NCBI RefSeq assembly: GCF_009914755.1
Contig: NC_060931.1
From: the human T2T-CHM13v2.0 reference genome, Homo sapiens
Length of the DNA stretch: 64,000 bases
Reading direction: 5' to 3' (one strand)
Shown: positions 43,061 through 57,978 of the stretch, in pieces
How the letters are laid out: the number at the start of each line of letters is the position of its first letter
Position numbering within the stretch: the first letter of the stretch is position 1
The notes under the pieces: model-generated
Told to the model about the DNA's origin: nothing
Database searches by the model: none
What the model saw: only the letters and a program-made list of their open reading frames with translations
Made by a program: the position numbers and the translations under genes

Positions 43061-45227
43061 GGACGCCCTGGGCTTGGCTGGGAGGAAAGGCCAGAGGGTC
43101 CACAGGGGAAAAGCTCAGCTCTGGGGGGCATCCCTCCCTACAGCTGGGCCTGGAGAGGAGCCCAGCACACCTGATGGCCATCGCAGATCAGGAAACCGTC
43201 CTCCCCTCCCTCCTGCCCTGGGCCAAGCAGGTCCTGCCAGTTACTATAAAATAAAGCGGGGGGTGTGGGTGGCACCAAAAGCACAGCAGGCGAGACGCGG
43301 GGCACAGGAAGGGAGGAAGCCACAGCAAGGCTTCTGGTCTCTGCCGCTCATCAGAAACATTTCTTCCGCCCTCAGCCACTGTCCCTCTTAATCCAGCCAC
43401 ATTCACGGTTTCTGTATCACCCAAAACATCATGTTTGTTGGAACTTATTTTATTTTAGATTCAGGTCTTGTTAACCATTGCTCCAGGATGCTTTACTTTC
43501 CTTGTCTTAAACGGGAACTTCCCAGGTCATGTTATTAAGAAGTGGGTGCCCAGGAAGCACGGGTCGCAGCTCCACACGGACAGAGGCTCCTGGGACCTGG
43601 GACTGGCTCTAGGTCATGACAGCTCAGCAGGATTCCAGGGACCGACGGATTCAGTCCTGAGGGGCAGACCAGGTCCTGGTAGGTACAGCAAGGAGGACTC
43701 CCCTGCAAGTCTGGAGCAACAAGGCCCCATGAAGGGAGACAAAACCAGGGACCCTGACACGGTGGCTACAAGGGCAGAGGTGAGAGCAGAGGTGTGAAGG
43801 CCACGCAGCCCCCAGGACGCCCCCAGGACAGGCTGGCCTATGCTAAGCCACGCGGCTCCCCAGACTCCTGAATGGAGAAGAGGGTGCTGGCCTCAGAGGC
43901 TCTCGTGAGGGCCGTGGAGGGGAGCGGAAAGCCAGGCAGGCAGCTGCCACCCAAGCCTGGTGTTTGCTCGGTCAAGGTGCCACAGCCCCCATCACCCCGG
44001 GGTGGGGGCCACCACCATGCCCTGAGGACCGAGGGCCTTCTCTGAGGCCAGCCAGAGGGTCGATGTTCCTCTGCGCCTTTTCCAAACAGCAGGATGGTGC
44101 AGAAACCTCAGGAGGGTAAAACCCGTCAGCTATTCCCCTTGGGGCGCTGTCTCTCTGTGCAGGGAAGAGTCAGCAGTTCTCTCTGTTGGAGCAGACGCGA
44201 CCTCCAGCTCTAACCAAGACTCTCAGACCACGTTCAAGTTGCAGCCAGCAAGGAGCCCGGAGCTGGTATCCCGGAGCTTGTTCTTTCCTGGGGCGCTTTG
44301 TTTCAGTCCACAAGCCAACGCTCCGTAGCGCGGCCCCCACCCTCCTGCCGTGTGGGGCAAACTATTCAAAGTCCCCTGGCCGTCAGAAGGTTCCAGAGGG
44401 TGTGCAGTCACTTTCCTCCCCATTCTCACAGCAGCAGGACCAATGGGGACGTGGCTTTGTCTGCATCCCTGCGGCCCCTGCCACTGCACTCGCCACCATC
44501 AAAAGCTTCTCCTCTCGGAGCTCAAGGACACATCAAATGATGTCACACCACTTCACGCCCTTCTCCCAGCAGCCCCGCTTCAGTGCCTGGGAAGCTGCAC
44601 AAAATAAGATTCTGTTATCAAGCAACGCTGCACTTCCCACATCTGGATGCACGCCAAGACAAGACGTCAGTCATTTCCTGGTGAAATGAAAGAAAGCCAC
44701 GCTTCCTCCACGGCCATTGGGTCACGAAATCCTTGCTAATCCTGGCCGGGGCACTGGAGGATGCTATAAACAATCACGGATCTGAGCAGGTGGATGAAGG
44801 GAACGTAGATGACACGTTGAGGGTGTGGTGCGGGCAACACACAGACTAAGAGTGGGAACTGGCGAAGTGAGCTATAATCCCAAGCATAAAGGAAAGGAGG
44901 GGAGGTGGCCTCCAGCGCCTCTCCTACTAGTTAAAGGAGAGAGAGGGAGAAAAATACCACTGGAACCTCCAGGCAGGTCAGACGGGCACTTGGGGCTTAT
45001 GTGCATTATTTGATGGAACAAGCAGTGTCTTTGTTTCTTAGGATGGCCATTTTTATCTTTTTGATAAGTGTGGAGGAAGTTGGCTTAGTATAATTTAATT
45101 TCTCTCTCCTATTAACAGGTCTCAGTAAAACAATGGGGAATATACCAAAAAAGAGAGAGAGAGAGAAAGCCAAAAGAACATAAAACTAGCACATTAGTCT
45201 TTTAAATAAAAATGCAGAGGAAGATAG

Positions 45228-45680
<453 letters not shown>

Positions 45681-46127
45681 TAATATTGATTCAATGGGGA
45701 GGCATATTTTGCTAACAGCAAAGAAGAAAAACATCATTGAATAATTGAGATACAATTCTCAGTCTAAGGCCATCAAACTGTTTGTGGACAGGAAGTGGAA
45801 GCAGAAGCTGAGCCTGGCTTTCCAGGCAGAGGCCTCTGCTGTGGTGCCCAGGAACCATGTCAGGAGCCCACTTCTGAATAAAGATGCCCCAAGGCAGCCC
45901 CGTGGGCAGGTGCCCTCAGGCCCAGGGCCCCCTGTGAACGTGGATCATGGTCTTGGGCCAGCCAGCATCCAGTTCCAGCTTCATGGTGGAAGCATCAAAG
46001 TGTTCTTGGTTAACCCATTTTAGAAATTCCTTCAGTTACCAGGTGACTCTTCCCTTTCTCCAGTTCGGCTATAGTTTCCTTTCATAACATATTTGCTGAC
46101 GGACTTTAATTAGAATCCTTCACTTTC

Positions 46128-46455
<328 letters not shown>

Positions 46456-47354
46456 AATCCTTCACTTCCCCTGACACAGACTTTAAAGTACGAATCATCA
46501 CACCCAAATTCAGCTCTGAAGACATTGTTTTCTGAAGTGTTCACGCCCTGTTTTGGGCATACCAGGAAAGGAGGCAGTGTTCTGTTCTGTTTTCTCATAT
46601 CCTACCTGAATCTTATGATTGATTTTACAGCTAACGTTCTACAGCTCCCCGTTCTCCTAATCACAGCTCTGAGGTCCTCCCCAAATGATCACTGAGTAAG
46701 AAAACATCTTGGGACCTTTTTTAAGTCAAGGAAATGATACAGATGGCTCGAATGTTCCCACAAAGTGCATATGGTCCTGGAGAAGGGAGACCACAGCTCT
46801 ACCAAAGCTGCCATCTGAAACCCCCTCAGGCCCATATTTCTAGACAGCACAGTCGCAAACCGAGGGGTCCTTATCTTCACTAAACTAGCTTTGCTTTTGC
46901 TGTGGAGCCTTGTTTGCTTGCTTCTGTTATTGTCCAAATCTTAACTGACTCTGACTTGGCCTATAAGGCAGGTTCACCCACCCGGTAGAGCCATGCTAGT
47001 GGCTCCTAGCAGCCCAAGAGCCCAGCCTGTAACCATTCATCCCTGGAGGGAAAGGAGCTGAACCTAAAGTTTCCAGTACAACCTCCTCCCCGCCCCGTCC
47101 TCTGCACCTTCCTCTCCCATCGTTTATTTTCATTTCCATCTCCAGTCTTCTATCTCAAGCTCCACTTTCCACCTGCCTAGGCATGGACTTCTCCAACCTC
47201 TTAGTTCCGCTTCTTTTCAATTAGAGAGAATTCTAAATCAAAAGCGTGTCTGCAAAGTGGAGAGATTCAAAAGATGAGAATCTCCTCTAAAGATTGCAAT
47301 CAGTGGCCAAGAGTGAGGGAGGGAATTCACAAAGTTCAACTCCTTTCAGAAAAC

Positions 47355-48008
47355 ATCTGTGTTCGTCGGGAATACTGGCCTGTAGTCTTCTTTCCCTGGA
47401 GTGTTTGTCTGGCTTTGGCATCAGGGTAATGATGGCCTCGTAAAATCTGTTTGGAAGTGTTTCCTCCTCTTCAGTGTTTTGGAAGAGTTTGAGAAGATGG
47501 GTATTAGTTCTTCTGGAAGTGTCTGGTAGGATTCAGCAATGAAAACATCCGTTCGTGGGCATTATTTTGGCTGAGACATTTTATTACTGATTCAATCTCC
47601 TTACTCGTTACAGTCTGTTTTTCTGTTTCTTCATGATTCAGTCTTGGTAGGTTGTATGTGTCTAGGAAGGGCTCCATTTCTTCCAGATTGTCCAATGTCT
47701 TGGCGTATAAATGTCCACAGTGGTCTCATGACCCTTGGTGTTTCTGTGGTATCCATTGTAACGCCTCTTCTTTCATTTCTGATTCTATTTATTTGAGTCT
47801 TCTCTCATTTCTCAGTCTAGCTGAAGATCTGTCCATTTTGTGTCTTTTCAACAAAACAACTCCCAATTTTGATGATCTTTCCTATTGTTTTTCTAGGCTA
47901 TTTGACTTGTTTCTTCTCTAATCATTGTTATTTCCTTCCTTCCACTAACTTTGGGCTTAGTTTGTTCTTCATTTCCTAGTGCCTTGGGGTGTAATGTTAG
48001 GTTGATTA
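47355..48008 (-). mobile_element. Old L1M ORF2 fragment
   Basis: The antisense translation contains MDNLEEMEPFLDTYNLPRLNHEE (L1 ORF2 Z region). Confidence 0.85.
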
Positions 48009-48574
48009 GAAAACAAAATAAGCTAACCCAGGAAGCTGGAGTGAGAAGATTCCAGCTAGAAAGCACAGACGCCTTCACTTCAGCCTCAACCTGTGATCAG
48101 AGCAGACACAGCAGGAAAGCAGGAAAGCTTTCATTTCCATATACCAGACTCAGAGCTGAAAAGAGGCAAAGAAAGTCTTCTCTCCCAAAATTAATCAATG
48201 CAAGAGGAGCAGACCATTTCACTGCTTCACACTGGCACTTCTCACCTTGTTTCTCTTGCCCAACCCTAGTAAAAATGATTCCCATGTGAGCACAACAGCC
48301 TGGACATTGTGGTTTAAAAGTCTGGTCACTGTAGTGAGAGGAAAAAAAGATCTGTCTGGTTTCATGAGAAGAAATGCTCAGTGGAGAGATGGTTACTCGT
48401 GTTTTCCAGATGGTTCTGTGGACCCCAGAACGCTGTCCCAGCCAAACTCCACCACAGATACCACCTTCAGAGTTGGCCAGGAGCTGCAGGAAGCCCACAA
48501 AGGTTGATTTGGAAGAAGCAACATCCTACAAACCAGATCCATCCACACAGAGAGCAGGCTCTGCTCCTTGGCAG

Positions 48575-48915
48575 TAGTCTCTACTTAGTGCTAAGTACTA
48601 AGTACCTCCTAAGTTGTAGTCTCTGCTTAGTACTAAGTACCTCCTGAGTCATAGTCTCTGCTGAGTACTAAGCACTAGTCACTACTATATCTCCTAAGTA
48701 TCAGTGTCTACTTAGTACTAACTACTGCTAAGCACTAAGTACCTCCTAAATAGCAGTCTGTTTAGTACAAAGTACTATTAATGATAATTACAAACTACCT
48801 CCTAAGTAGCAGTCTTTGCTTAGTTCTAAGTACTGCTAAATACTAAGTACTTCCTAAGTCACAGTCCCTACTTCGTATCTAATACCTCCTAAGCAACAGT
48901 CTCTACTTAGTGCTG
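48575..48915. repeat. Degenerate TAG/CTA-rich minisatellite with palindromic cores
   Basis: Repeated ctaagtacctcctaag...gtctctacttagt units, including the palindrome CTTAGTACTAAG. Confidence 0.75.
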
Positions 48916-49319
48916 ATCCCTCCCACCCCGAGTCACTGACATCACTTCCTGTCCTCCCTCCTTCCTCACAATGTGGCCCATTTTCCCCACTGACCACCAA
49001 TGCAGCACCCAGTCCCTGGGAAGAGAACAAGCTGCCTCCTTCCCCCAGGACTTCCATGGTGGTTCCTGCTCAGCCAGAAGGGAAAGGCCAGGCTCTGAAG
49101 TCCTTCCAGCTAGCTCCTGCTTCTTCACTCAGAAGTGCAGGAAAAGGAAACTGACCTTCCCATTAATGCTTCAGAGGGGGTAGTAGCACAGAAGTTGGAA
49201 ACGCAAATTAAAAGGTGAAAGGTCAAGGCAGTGTCCTGAAGAAAAAGGCTGAACAAGCCTCAAAAACACACCTTTCAGGTATTCATGAAAAAGGAACAGA
49301 TACACAGAGTGTCTGTAGA

Positions 49320-49760
49320 CAGTGAGCTGTGTGTTTTGCGTGAGTGTGAATGAGCGTGTTTTGTGTGTGAGCTGTGCATAAGCTATGAGTGTTTATGAGT
49401 TTTTGTGTGAGCTGTGTGTGAGGGTGTGTGTGAATGAGCATGTTTTTTGTGTGTGTGTTTTGTGTGAAAATGAGTGTGTGAGCGTGAGTTTTGTCTGAGT
49501 TGTGTGTACAAGCTATGTATGTGTTTTGTGTGAGCTGACTTGTGATTGTTTTGTGTGTCAGTTGTGTGAGTTCTGTAAGCTGTGTAAGTTGTGAGTGTGT
49601 GTGGGTGTGAGTTGTGTTAGAGTGAAAGTGTGTGTGTGAGTTGTGTGGTTAGCGTCAGAGTATGTGTGGGTGTGTGTGAGTTGTGTGAGTGTGAGTTGTG
49701 TGTGAGAGTGTGTATGAGTGTGAGTTGTGCACGTGTGTGTGAGTGTATGGGGGGCGTGTG
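49320..49760. repeat. TG-rich low-complexity repeat (TGTGAG-like)
   Basis: Direct inspection. Confidence 0.9.
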
Positions 49761-50012
49761 TTATATAAAATATTAAACTTTTTCTCTGAGCTCAGTGTCT
49801 CCCAGTGTGACAGAGCCCCAGTGCCCCGGGGTGGGGGCCGTGGGAGAAGCGACAGGCCTGAGCGAGGCCAGCAGTTCGAAGCCCCTGCTCCCTGGCTGTG
49901 TCATGTGGACAAGTGACGTCGTCTTGAGGATGGCCTCGTGAGGCGGCGGTGGGCATGAAATGAGATGAGGCGTCCAGCCCTGCATCTGCAGCGTGGTCAG
50001 CACAGAGGCTGA

Positions 50013-50180
50013 CATCCATGGTCATGCCGGAATCCGTGGTCATGCCAGAATCCGTGGCCATGCCGGAATCCATGGCCATGCCGGAATCCGTGGTCATGCT
50101 GGAATCCACGGTCATGCCGGAACCCATGGCCATGCCAGAATCCGTGGTCATGCCAGAATCCGTGGTCATGCCGGAATCCA
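50013..50180. repeat. 18-bp minisatellite (~9 copies)
   Basis: Unit atccgtggtcatgccgga. Confidence 0.92.
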
Positions 50181-51634
50181 CTGATGGTGCACGTGACCCA
50201 CGATGGGAAAAGTCACAAGACAGCTTCAGAGCTGGTCAAACGGGACTGAGAGGGGCTGCACCAGGAATGCGCGGCCTGTTGAGTTTCAGTGATGAGGCCA
50301 TCAGAAGCCATCTCCACGCACTTCTCATAGAGCGCATGGGCCGCCCTGGCCTGAGTCAAACCAGGGGCCTTTCATCCGAGCCGACCTCTTGACGTAGAGT
50401 CAGGTCTCCTTGCCGAGAGTGGGACCTGCACCCTGATCCATTACTAGGTGGAGGGAGTTTTCCAGACTGGGTTTGTTTGGGTTGATACAAAGGCAACTCT
50501 GCACATCCAAATTCGCATGGATGGGAGCTGCCTTCTAGGCCCCTCTGGCAGTTTCCCCAGGAGTCAGGCACAGCGTCTCATGACGTGGCTGTGTGAACAG
50601 GTGAGTGGGGATGTGGAAGCAGCCGGCTCAGGGCCGGCACACAGTAGGTCGCTTGTGCGTGGCCACCATGCTATCCGCCATCCCCGGTGCCATGGTTATC
50701 CCTATGCTGACTCACAGGCATGGGGCTGCTGACTCACAGGCATGGAGCTGGACATCAGTCTGGCTCGCAGGCACACTGGAAAGCTGCTCTTACCCTACTA
50801 ACTTTCAGTCACTGAGACACAAATCAGGGCCTGGTTGGCAGCAGCGAGACCGTCAGGGTGCCCTCCCCACCTGCGACAATAAACACCGCATGATGTTACC
50901 CTCCAGGGATGACCCAGGATTGTGTGAAACCAAAATTCATTAAAAATGAATATTCTGGGCCAGGCTGCATTCACTAATTGATTGATTGATTGATAATTTG
51001 ATTTATTTAAAATACACCTTTCTCGTAAGCTTCTCGGCACATACGGCAAAATATAAATACCCCACATGAATAAAATTATCACTTGAAAAAACTCATCACT
51101 TGAAGGAAGAGGGGGAAAAATCCATGTTATGGAAATGGTAGCGTAATGGGTGGGTCTCCTGGTGACCAAAGACATCCTGGGAGGTGAGAGATGGAGAGAG
51201 AAACAGAGGCTTAAAGATTTGGAGTCGAGACGCGTCTCTCTACCAAGAAGGAAGAAGACGGCTCTCACTGCCCCCAGCTCTAACTCCGTGTGGTCCACAG
51301 GACAGGAAGTCCCACACGGGAGAAGGAGGACGCTGGGGCTGCTGACGATAAGAAAATGTGAGCGTTTCACAAGTCACCGTGGGTGGTCATTGTCCTTGTC
51401 CACGGGATTTTTCAAAGTAGGACAATCTGTATTTTAAAGAAGTTGCGTTTTCTTCCTTTTTGACCTTTTTAAAGACTTATGCAGAAAGTGACTGCAACCA
51501 AAAGCATATGGTTTTATTGCTAATTCAACCTTACAGAGCTGACAGGCAAGGCCGACCAATGTGTGGGAGGGCTCTGATGACAGCAACGACGACAGTGAAT
51601 CCAGGGGTGACGTCCCCCAGGCGTGTGCTTCCCA

Positions 51635-51829
51635 TGGCCATGCCGGAATCCGTGGTCATGCCGGAATCCACTGATGGTGCACGTGACCCACGATGGGAAA
51701 AGTCACAAGACAGCTTCAGAGCTGGTCAAACAGGACTGAGAGGGGCTACACCAGGAATGCACGGCCTGTTGAGTTTCTGTGATGAGGCCATCAGAAGCCA
51801 TCTCCACGCACTTCTCATAGAGCGCATGG
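51635..51829 (+). repeat. Dispersed direct duplicate of ~50145-50339
   Basis: The 159-bp unique part has 4 mismatches at an offset of 1490 bp. Flanked by GCTTCCCA direct repeats. Confidence 0.92.
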
Positions 51830-52379
51830 AGCTTCCCAGAGCAAGCGTGCAGCCATGCCAGGCCTGGGCTGGGAGACATGTGTGAGGACGCACGATGGGG
51901 TTAGGCAGCCTGAGAAACCATCCCTGGCACGGGCTGCCTCAAGGAATGAGGAGGTGTGGGCTTCCCGGCTGCCCATCCCCATATCTGCACATAGCCCCTG
52001 CATCTCACTACACAGAGTGTGGCCCGTGGGTGGCACCCCCCAGCATGGCCAGGAGCACCAAGGCGCACGCTGGGCTCTGAGACACCCCCTGGCCAAGAGG
52101 GGTGGAGGAAGGGGGCAGGCGCCAGGATCTGGAAGGAGATTTCCAACCCACGTGGGGTCTCACAGGAGAAGGCCGTGATGGGAGGTGGGGAAGTGGGGAG
52201 GAGGGCGCTCTTGACCGTGTCCGCGTGTCTAAGCAAAGGATACAGGGGCGCAAAGGGAAGGAGTGGCCGGGGTGCCCGTCCCAGGTGTGCTCTTCTTCAC
52301 GGCGCCCCTGCTTCCCCACCACGCCCATGTCCACGGCTCGTGGGCAGCTGGGCACTGGGCCACTCAGACACCGTCCTAA

Positions 52380-52868
<489 letters not shown>

Positions 52869-53364
52869 TAAAATCACAGCACATCGTTTCTGAGGGTAAA
52901 GAATTAGAGACTCCTTGAAAATGGGAGAGAATGAGTGATGCTTTAACAAGCTTCTAAGATGAAATCCTAAAGCTGGGGCTTTGCTCAGAGCCCACTAAGG
53001 CCAGGCGGGTCATGCTTTCCTTCCAGGAGCGGCCCCACCCCTTCCGTCTTGACACTCAAACCATCGGGCTGGAGGCAAATGTCAGAGGAGAAAAGCCTTT
53101 GCTTTTCTCCCAGCTCTCCTGTAAGAAGCCGCTGAGCTGCCAGCTATGCAGCAAGCACCTGCGTACCCCAAGATGCAGCCAGGAAGGAGTGGGGTACCCC
53201 GACCACGTGGGGACACAGCCCTCCCAAGGGGCAGCCAGTGTTTCCCTGAAGGAACTGAGGCCAGGAAGCTTGTTTCTCATTTACTTGAATTCAAATCTTA
53301 AAATGTTTGCAATAAATTCAAAATTTTCAAAATACTGTGTAGGACTGAACAAAACAAAACACTC

Positions 53365-54337
53365 CCACACACACCCCATGCACACGTATCACATATGTGC
53401 ATATATACACCACACAGTGCACACATGCCACACACGGACCCACATCACATACATGCACATACACACGCACACACACCACACATATGCACACATCACACCC
53501 ACACAGCACATATGTGCATATATACACCACACACGTGCACACACGCCACACACATGCACCCACATCACATGCATGCCCCTACACACGCACACACATCACA
53601 CATGTGCACATCGCACACATCACATATGTGCATATATACACCACACAGTGCACACATGCCACACACATGCACCCACATCACATACATGCACATACACGTG
53701 CACACCACACATATGCACACATCACACATGCAGCACATATGTGCATACATAAACACACGTGCACACATGCCACACACATGCACCCACATCACACACATAC
53801 ACCACACACACCACACATATGCACACATCACACACACACATGAACATGCCACACACACCACACGTGAATCACATATTCATATCACCACACACGTGCACAC
53901 AGCACACACACGAACACACATCACACACATGCACACCATACATAAATGCATACATACACGTATCTACCACACATCCTGCATGCACACGCATCACACACAT
54001 GCACACCATACACACATGCATACATATGCATATCTACCACACCTGCATGCACACACCCTGCATGCACACACATCACACACATGCACACCATACATACATG
54101 CATACATACATACACATATCTACCACACCTGCATGCACACACCCTGCATGCACACGCATCACACACATGCACACCATACATACATGCATACATACACATA
54201 TCTACCACACCTGCACACACACACCCTGCATGCACATGCATCACACACATGCACACCATACATGCATACATACACATATCTACCACACCTGCACACACAC
54301 ACCCTGCATGCACACGCATCACACACATGCACCATAC
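53365..54337. repeat. Complex CA-rich VNTR
   Basis: About 1 kb of cacacatg/cacatatg-based units in two sub-blocks. Confidence 0.92.
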
Positions 54338-54689
54338 CTGTGAGTTGGATTGGCTGATGAGTCTCCCAGTTGTGACGTCTATGCAGCCAATAAAATGTGG
54401 AAGAGGGGTTTCCTATGGTCAGTGAGGCTTTAGGACCAGAAAAGCCCCATCCCCTGGGGACTGCAGAGGGCTTTATCTCAGCGGTCAGATGCCCTCTGTG
54501 ACATCATTGCCAAGCATCATTCACTCATAACTTTGACAGACATGCACTGAATGCATTCCCATTTAAACTGCTTCTCCTGTGCTCCAGCAAGACGCCACGT
54601 CCCTCCCCCAGTGTGTGTGCACAACGACCCGTGCAGTGTCATTGTGTCATAAATGCATCTGAGTGTAATGCAAGTGAGAGAACACGTGT

Positions 54690-54778
54690 TGGATGCACGA
54701 CACACACACGAGTTTCCCACACTGGACACTCAGTGGATGCACAACACACACACGAGTTTCCTACACTTGACACTCAGA
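54690..54778. repeat. ~44-bp tandem duplication
   Basis: tggatgcac(g/a)acacacacacgagtttcc(c/t)acact(g/t)gacactcag occurs twice. Confidence 0.85.
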
Positions 54779-56084
54779 TGCATTTATGGTCTACTCTTAC
54801 CAAAGTAAAAAGCAACAGATGAATTGTTGAAGTATGGTACATCAGCTCTAAATGCTTCACATATTTATGGAAATATTATAATAAAGAAAATACTTATACT
54901 ATCAAGGAAAGCCGAACAACAGGACCCACAATCGGATCTATGGGGTGGTCCCTGCCTCTAACCTGAGCTCAGATAAAGTAGGACACTTAAGCCCTCATTT
55001 TTAGGATGTATGAATGTGGATATTCTCTCATTCCTACTGTTGTATAATTTTCAGATTCTTTCTAATGCATATAGGTTATTTATTGTTATACATTTATAGC
55101 ATAATGCATGCCTATTTAAGAAAATTGAAATGGTACCAAAACAAGGCAGAAATTGCACAGAACAGCAAAAGGGAACCGGCCTCCCCATCCTCATCCCCTC
55201 TCCATCTGCTCTTAACCCAGACTCAGGTTTTGCTTTTCTGCATACATGTACACACCCATGTACACACACATTCCATACATATGCACACACACACGTACAC
55301 ACACATCCCCCCCACATCCACACAGAAACAGAAGTGATAGAAAACAACGATTTTTATAAGAGAGGTATATTTTCTTTGCAAAATCTCAAACCCCCGAATT
55401 GTTGTGGTTTCTCTCTCGTCTGTTTTTTGACGTGATGCAAAACATGTTTGAATGTTGCGCCATAGTCCTGATTCCTTCAAATCAACATCAGCTGACTCTT
55501 AGCAGCACTGTGCTATCACTATTTCATATCATTTTCAACCAGTCATAAATGTGTCCTCCTAACCATGTTGCCACAAAAGACAATTCCAGATGCTTTGCTA
55601 TCTGGTAGAGAAAAAATTAACAATTCGCTTATTCTTAAAGTGTTTGTGGGGAAATTTTCCAAAAGAAAAAAGGTGAAATTACGCACAGTGAGATGAGCAC
55701 ATTTTTACTTGATTGTAACAAGTACGGAAGTTAAAGCCCCCTGGAAATCTCGGTGGAAATCACATAAAGTAGACTCTAGGAGACAATTCCCTATCTAGGC
55801 TGGCATGAAATCCTAATGCATAGAAAGGGTAATGGGACACGCACAAAGCGTACTGTTACTTAGCAGGCTCTCAAGAACCACACAGCATGACGGTAATAAT
55901 GCGCTCTTCTTCAGGAGAATGGGAACAAGTGCTCAGGGTCAAAGAACTGGGCTCCCGTCCTGCCTGCTGAGGTCCCTGGGGTGCTTTGGAACCCTCATTG
56001 GTGAGCCGAGGAGAACCTCGCCTTTCTCCCAGCAGAGATCAGATGTCCTCCTTACTGCACGGATATGATACATGTGCATGCGGT

Positions 56085-56497
56085 ATGTGTGCATGTGGGG
56101 CGTGTGCAGGTGTGCAATGGATGTATACAGTGCATGTGGGGCGTGTGCAGGTGTGCAATGGATGTATATGGTGCATGTGGGGTGTGTGCAGGTGTGCAAT
56201 GGATGTATATGGTGCACGTGTGGTGTGTGCAGGTGTGCAATGGATGTATATGGTGCATGTGGGGGGTGTGCAATGGATGTCTATGGTGCCTGTGGGGTGT
56301 GTGCAGGTGTGCAATGGATGTCTATGGTGCATGTGGGGCGTGTGCAGGTGTGCAATGGATGTCTATGGTGCACGTGTGGTGTGCACAGGTGTGCAATGGA
56401 TGTCTATGGTGCACGTGTGGTGTGTGCAGGTGTGCAATGGATGTCTATGGTGCACGTGTGGTGTGCACAGGTGTGCAATGGATGTATATGGTGCACG
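56085..56497. repeat. 41-bp TG-rich minisatellite (~10 copies)
   Basis: Unit gtgtgcaggtgtgcaatggatgt(a/c)tatggtgca(t/c)gtg... Confidence 0.92.
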
Positions 56498-57978
56498 TAT
56501 GCATGTGTGTGTCCCCCTCATTACCTCACATGCGTATAGAGCACAGACACACACCTTAATAAAGCCCAGAGTACGCTCAGCACAGTAAGTGTGCAAATCC
56601 TGAAACGCTGTAAAACTGGACCTGTGACTTGAAGCCTCCATTCCATTGTTGGGGACACACAAGCAGGGCTCCCTAAGGGGAGGTCAGGGAAACGAGAGCC
56701 ACCACATACCTGCCCCAGGCTCAGGGCAGGTCCCAGCAAAGCCCCTTCTTGGCTCTGGCCTCCTCATCGTCTGTGGGACACGCCCATTTTACCAGAAACA
56801 CAAAGTTGGTCCCTCCATCCATCCTTCGCCTAAGCAGCCTGCCTCTCCAGTTGCCATGGCAACTCTGCTCTGGTTGCCGCACAGCCTCAAGCCTCAGCTG
56901 CTCGGAGTGGGTGGGAACGCGAGAGCACTTGAGCACCAGTGGCCTGACAACTCTGCCTCGTCCCCATCACCTCTGCGGCGAGAATCAGAGCAGTCGCAGA
57001 AGCTCCTGCCACACCACTCCCATAATCTCTCAGTGCCAATTACTTGGAGGAAAAATGGAATCATCCCCGTGCCCAGGGTGGTGAGTGGTGTCACCATTCG
57101 GATGGCTCAGATGAAGGCGGCCAACTGGGCAGCGGGAATGGAGCCTTTCTAGGCAGGCAGACCCAAGCATACTGCTCCTGAATTAGTGTGTGGGTTGGTG
57201 AGCACTCCAGGCGGACCTGATAGCCCGGAGCCCTATCCCTCACTAACCCCCAGCCCCAGCCCTGCACCAGTTACCAAAGACAAACAAGAGACACGTTTCT
57301 CCAAAGGATGGCAGGACAGGACAGGGTAGGAAGGCCCCACCACCCCATCTCCAGGCACCTGGCTTTCAGGGAAGCCACCACGCCAGCTGCACAGACGCGT
57401 GACAGGCACCCCAGTGCTGAAGCCCAAGGAGGAGGCTGACAGCCCAGTTAGATCGAGTCCAAGCAGCAAAATCACACAGCACATCCCGACAATCAGCCGC
57501 ATCACATGCAAAGCCAGAGAACGAACCTCTCACTCCCCAAATCCAATCCTCCCCAACATGAGCCACCCCCACCACCCCCGATTGATGGGGAGATCAACAT
57601 GCCGGAAAACGACCCCATATCACAAAGCAGAGCCTGGTTTCTCAAAGGAGACCTTAATCTTCCCTCACCCTTGGGCTGGCAGAGTGAGAGTCCCTGTGGC
57701 CCGAGGTTCCTCCTGTCATGCCCACGGCACTCAGAACTGAGGCTGGCATGCGGAGGGTGTGGTTTCCCCGGACCAGACCTCGTTGTCCAGACCAAACCCA
57801 ACCACAGTTCCAATCTGTTTTTTAGCCAAGTGCTTTAAATATGTGTCAAGCACTAATGCTGGGAGGACTTAAATAAATACATGAGCCTTTTCTTCCAATA
57901 AACTGGCAGATCCACCAGATCTACCTGGGCCAGTCTCATTTTCCAGGCGACTGAGCCTGGATGTGCATAACTGAAGCT

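Noticed and set aside
43245-43251. Plus-strand TATAAAA as an antisense promoter
   Set aside because: An isolated motif with no supporting exon structure identified.
49792-50392. Repetitive ORFs (MPESVV / MTTDSG / HAGIRG)
   Set aside because: An 18-bp unit keeps frames open; there is no splice or homology support.
53012-54425. Long His/Thr-rich ORFs (up to 320 aa)
   Set aside because: Stop-free frames produced by the CA-rich VNTR, open in many frames at once.
55986-56588. Cys/Val-rich ORFs of 155-200 aa
   Set aside because: Translations of the 41-bp TG-rich minisatellite.
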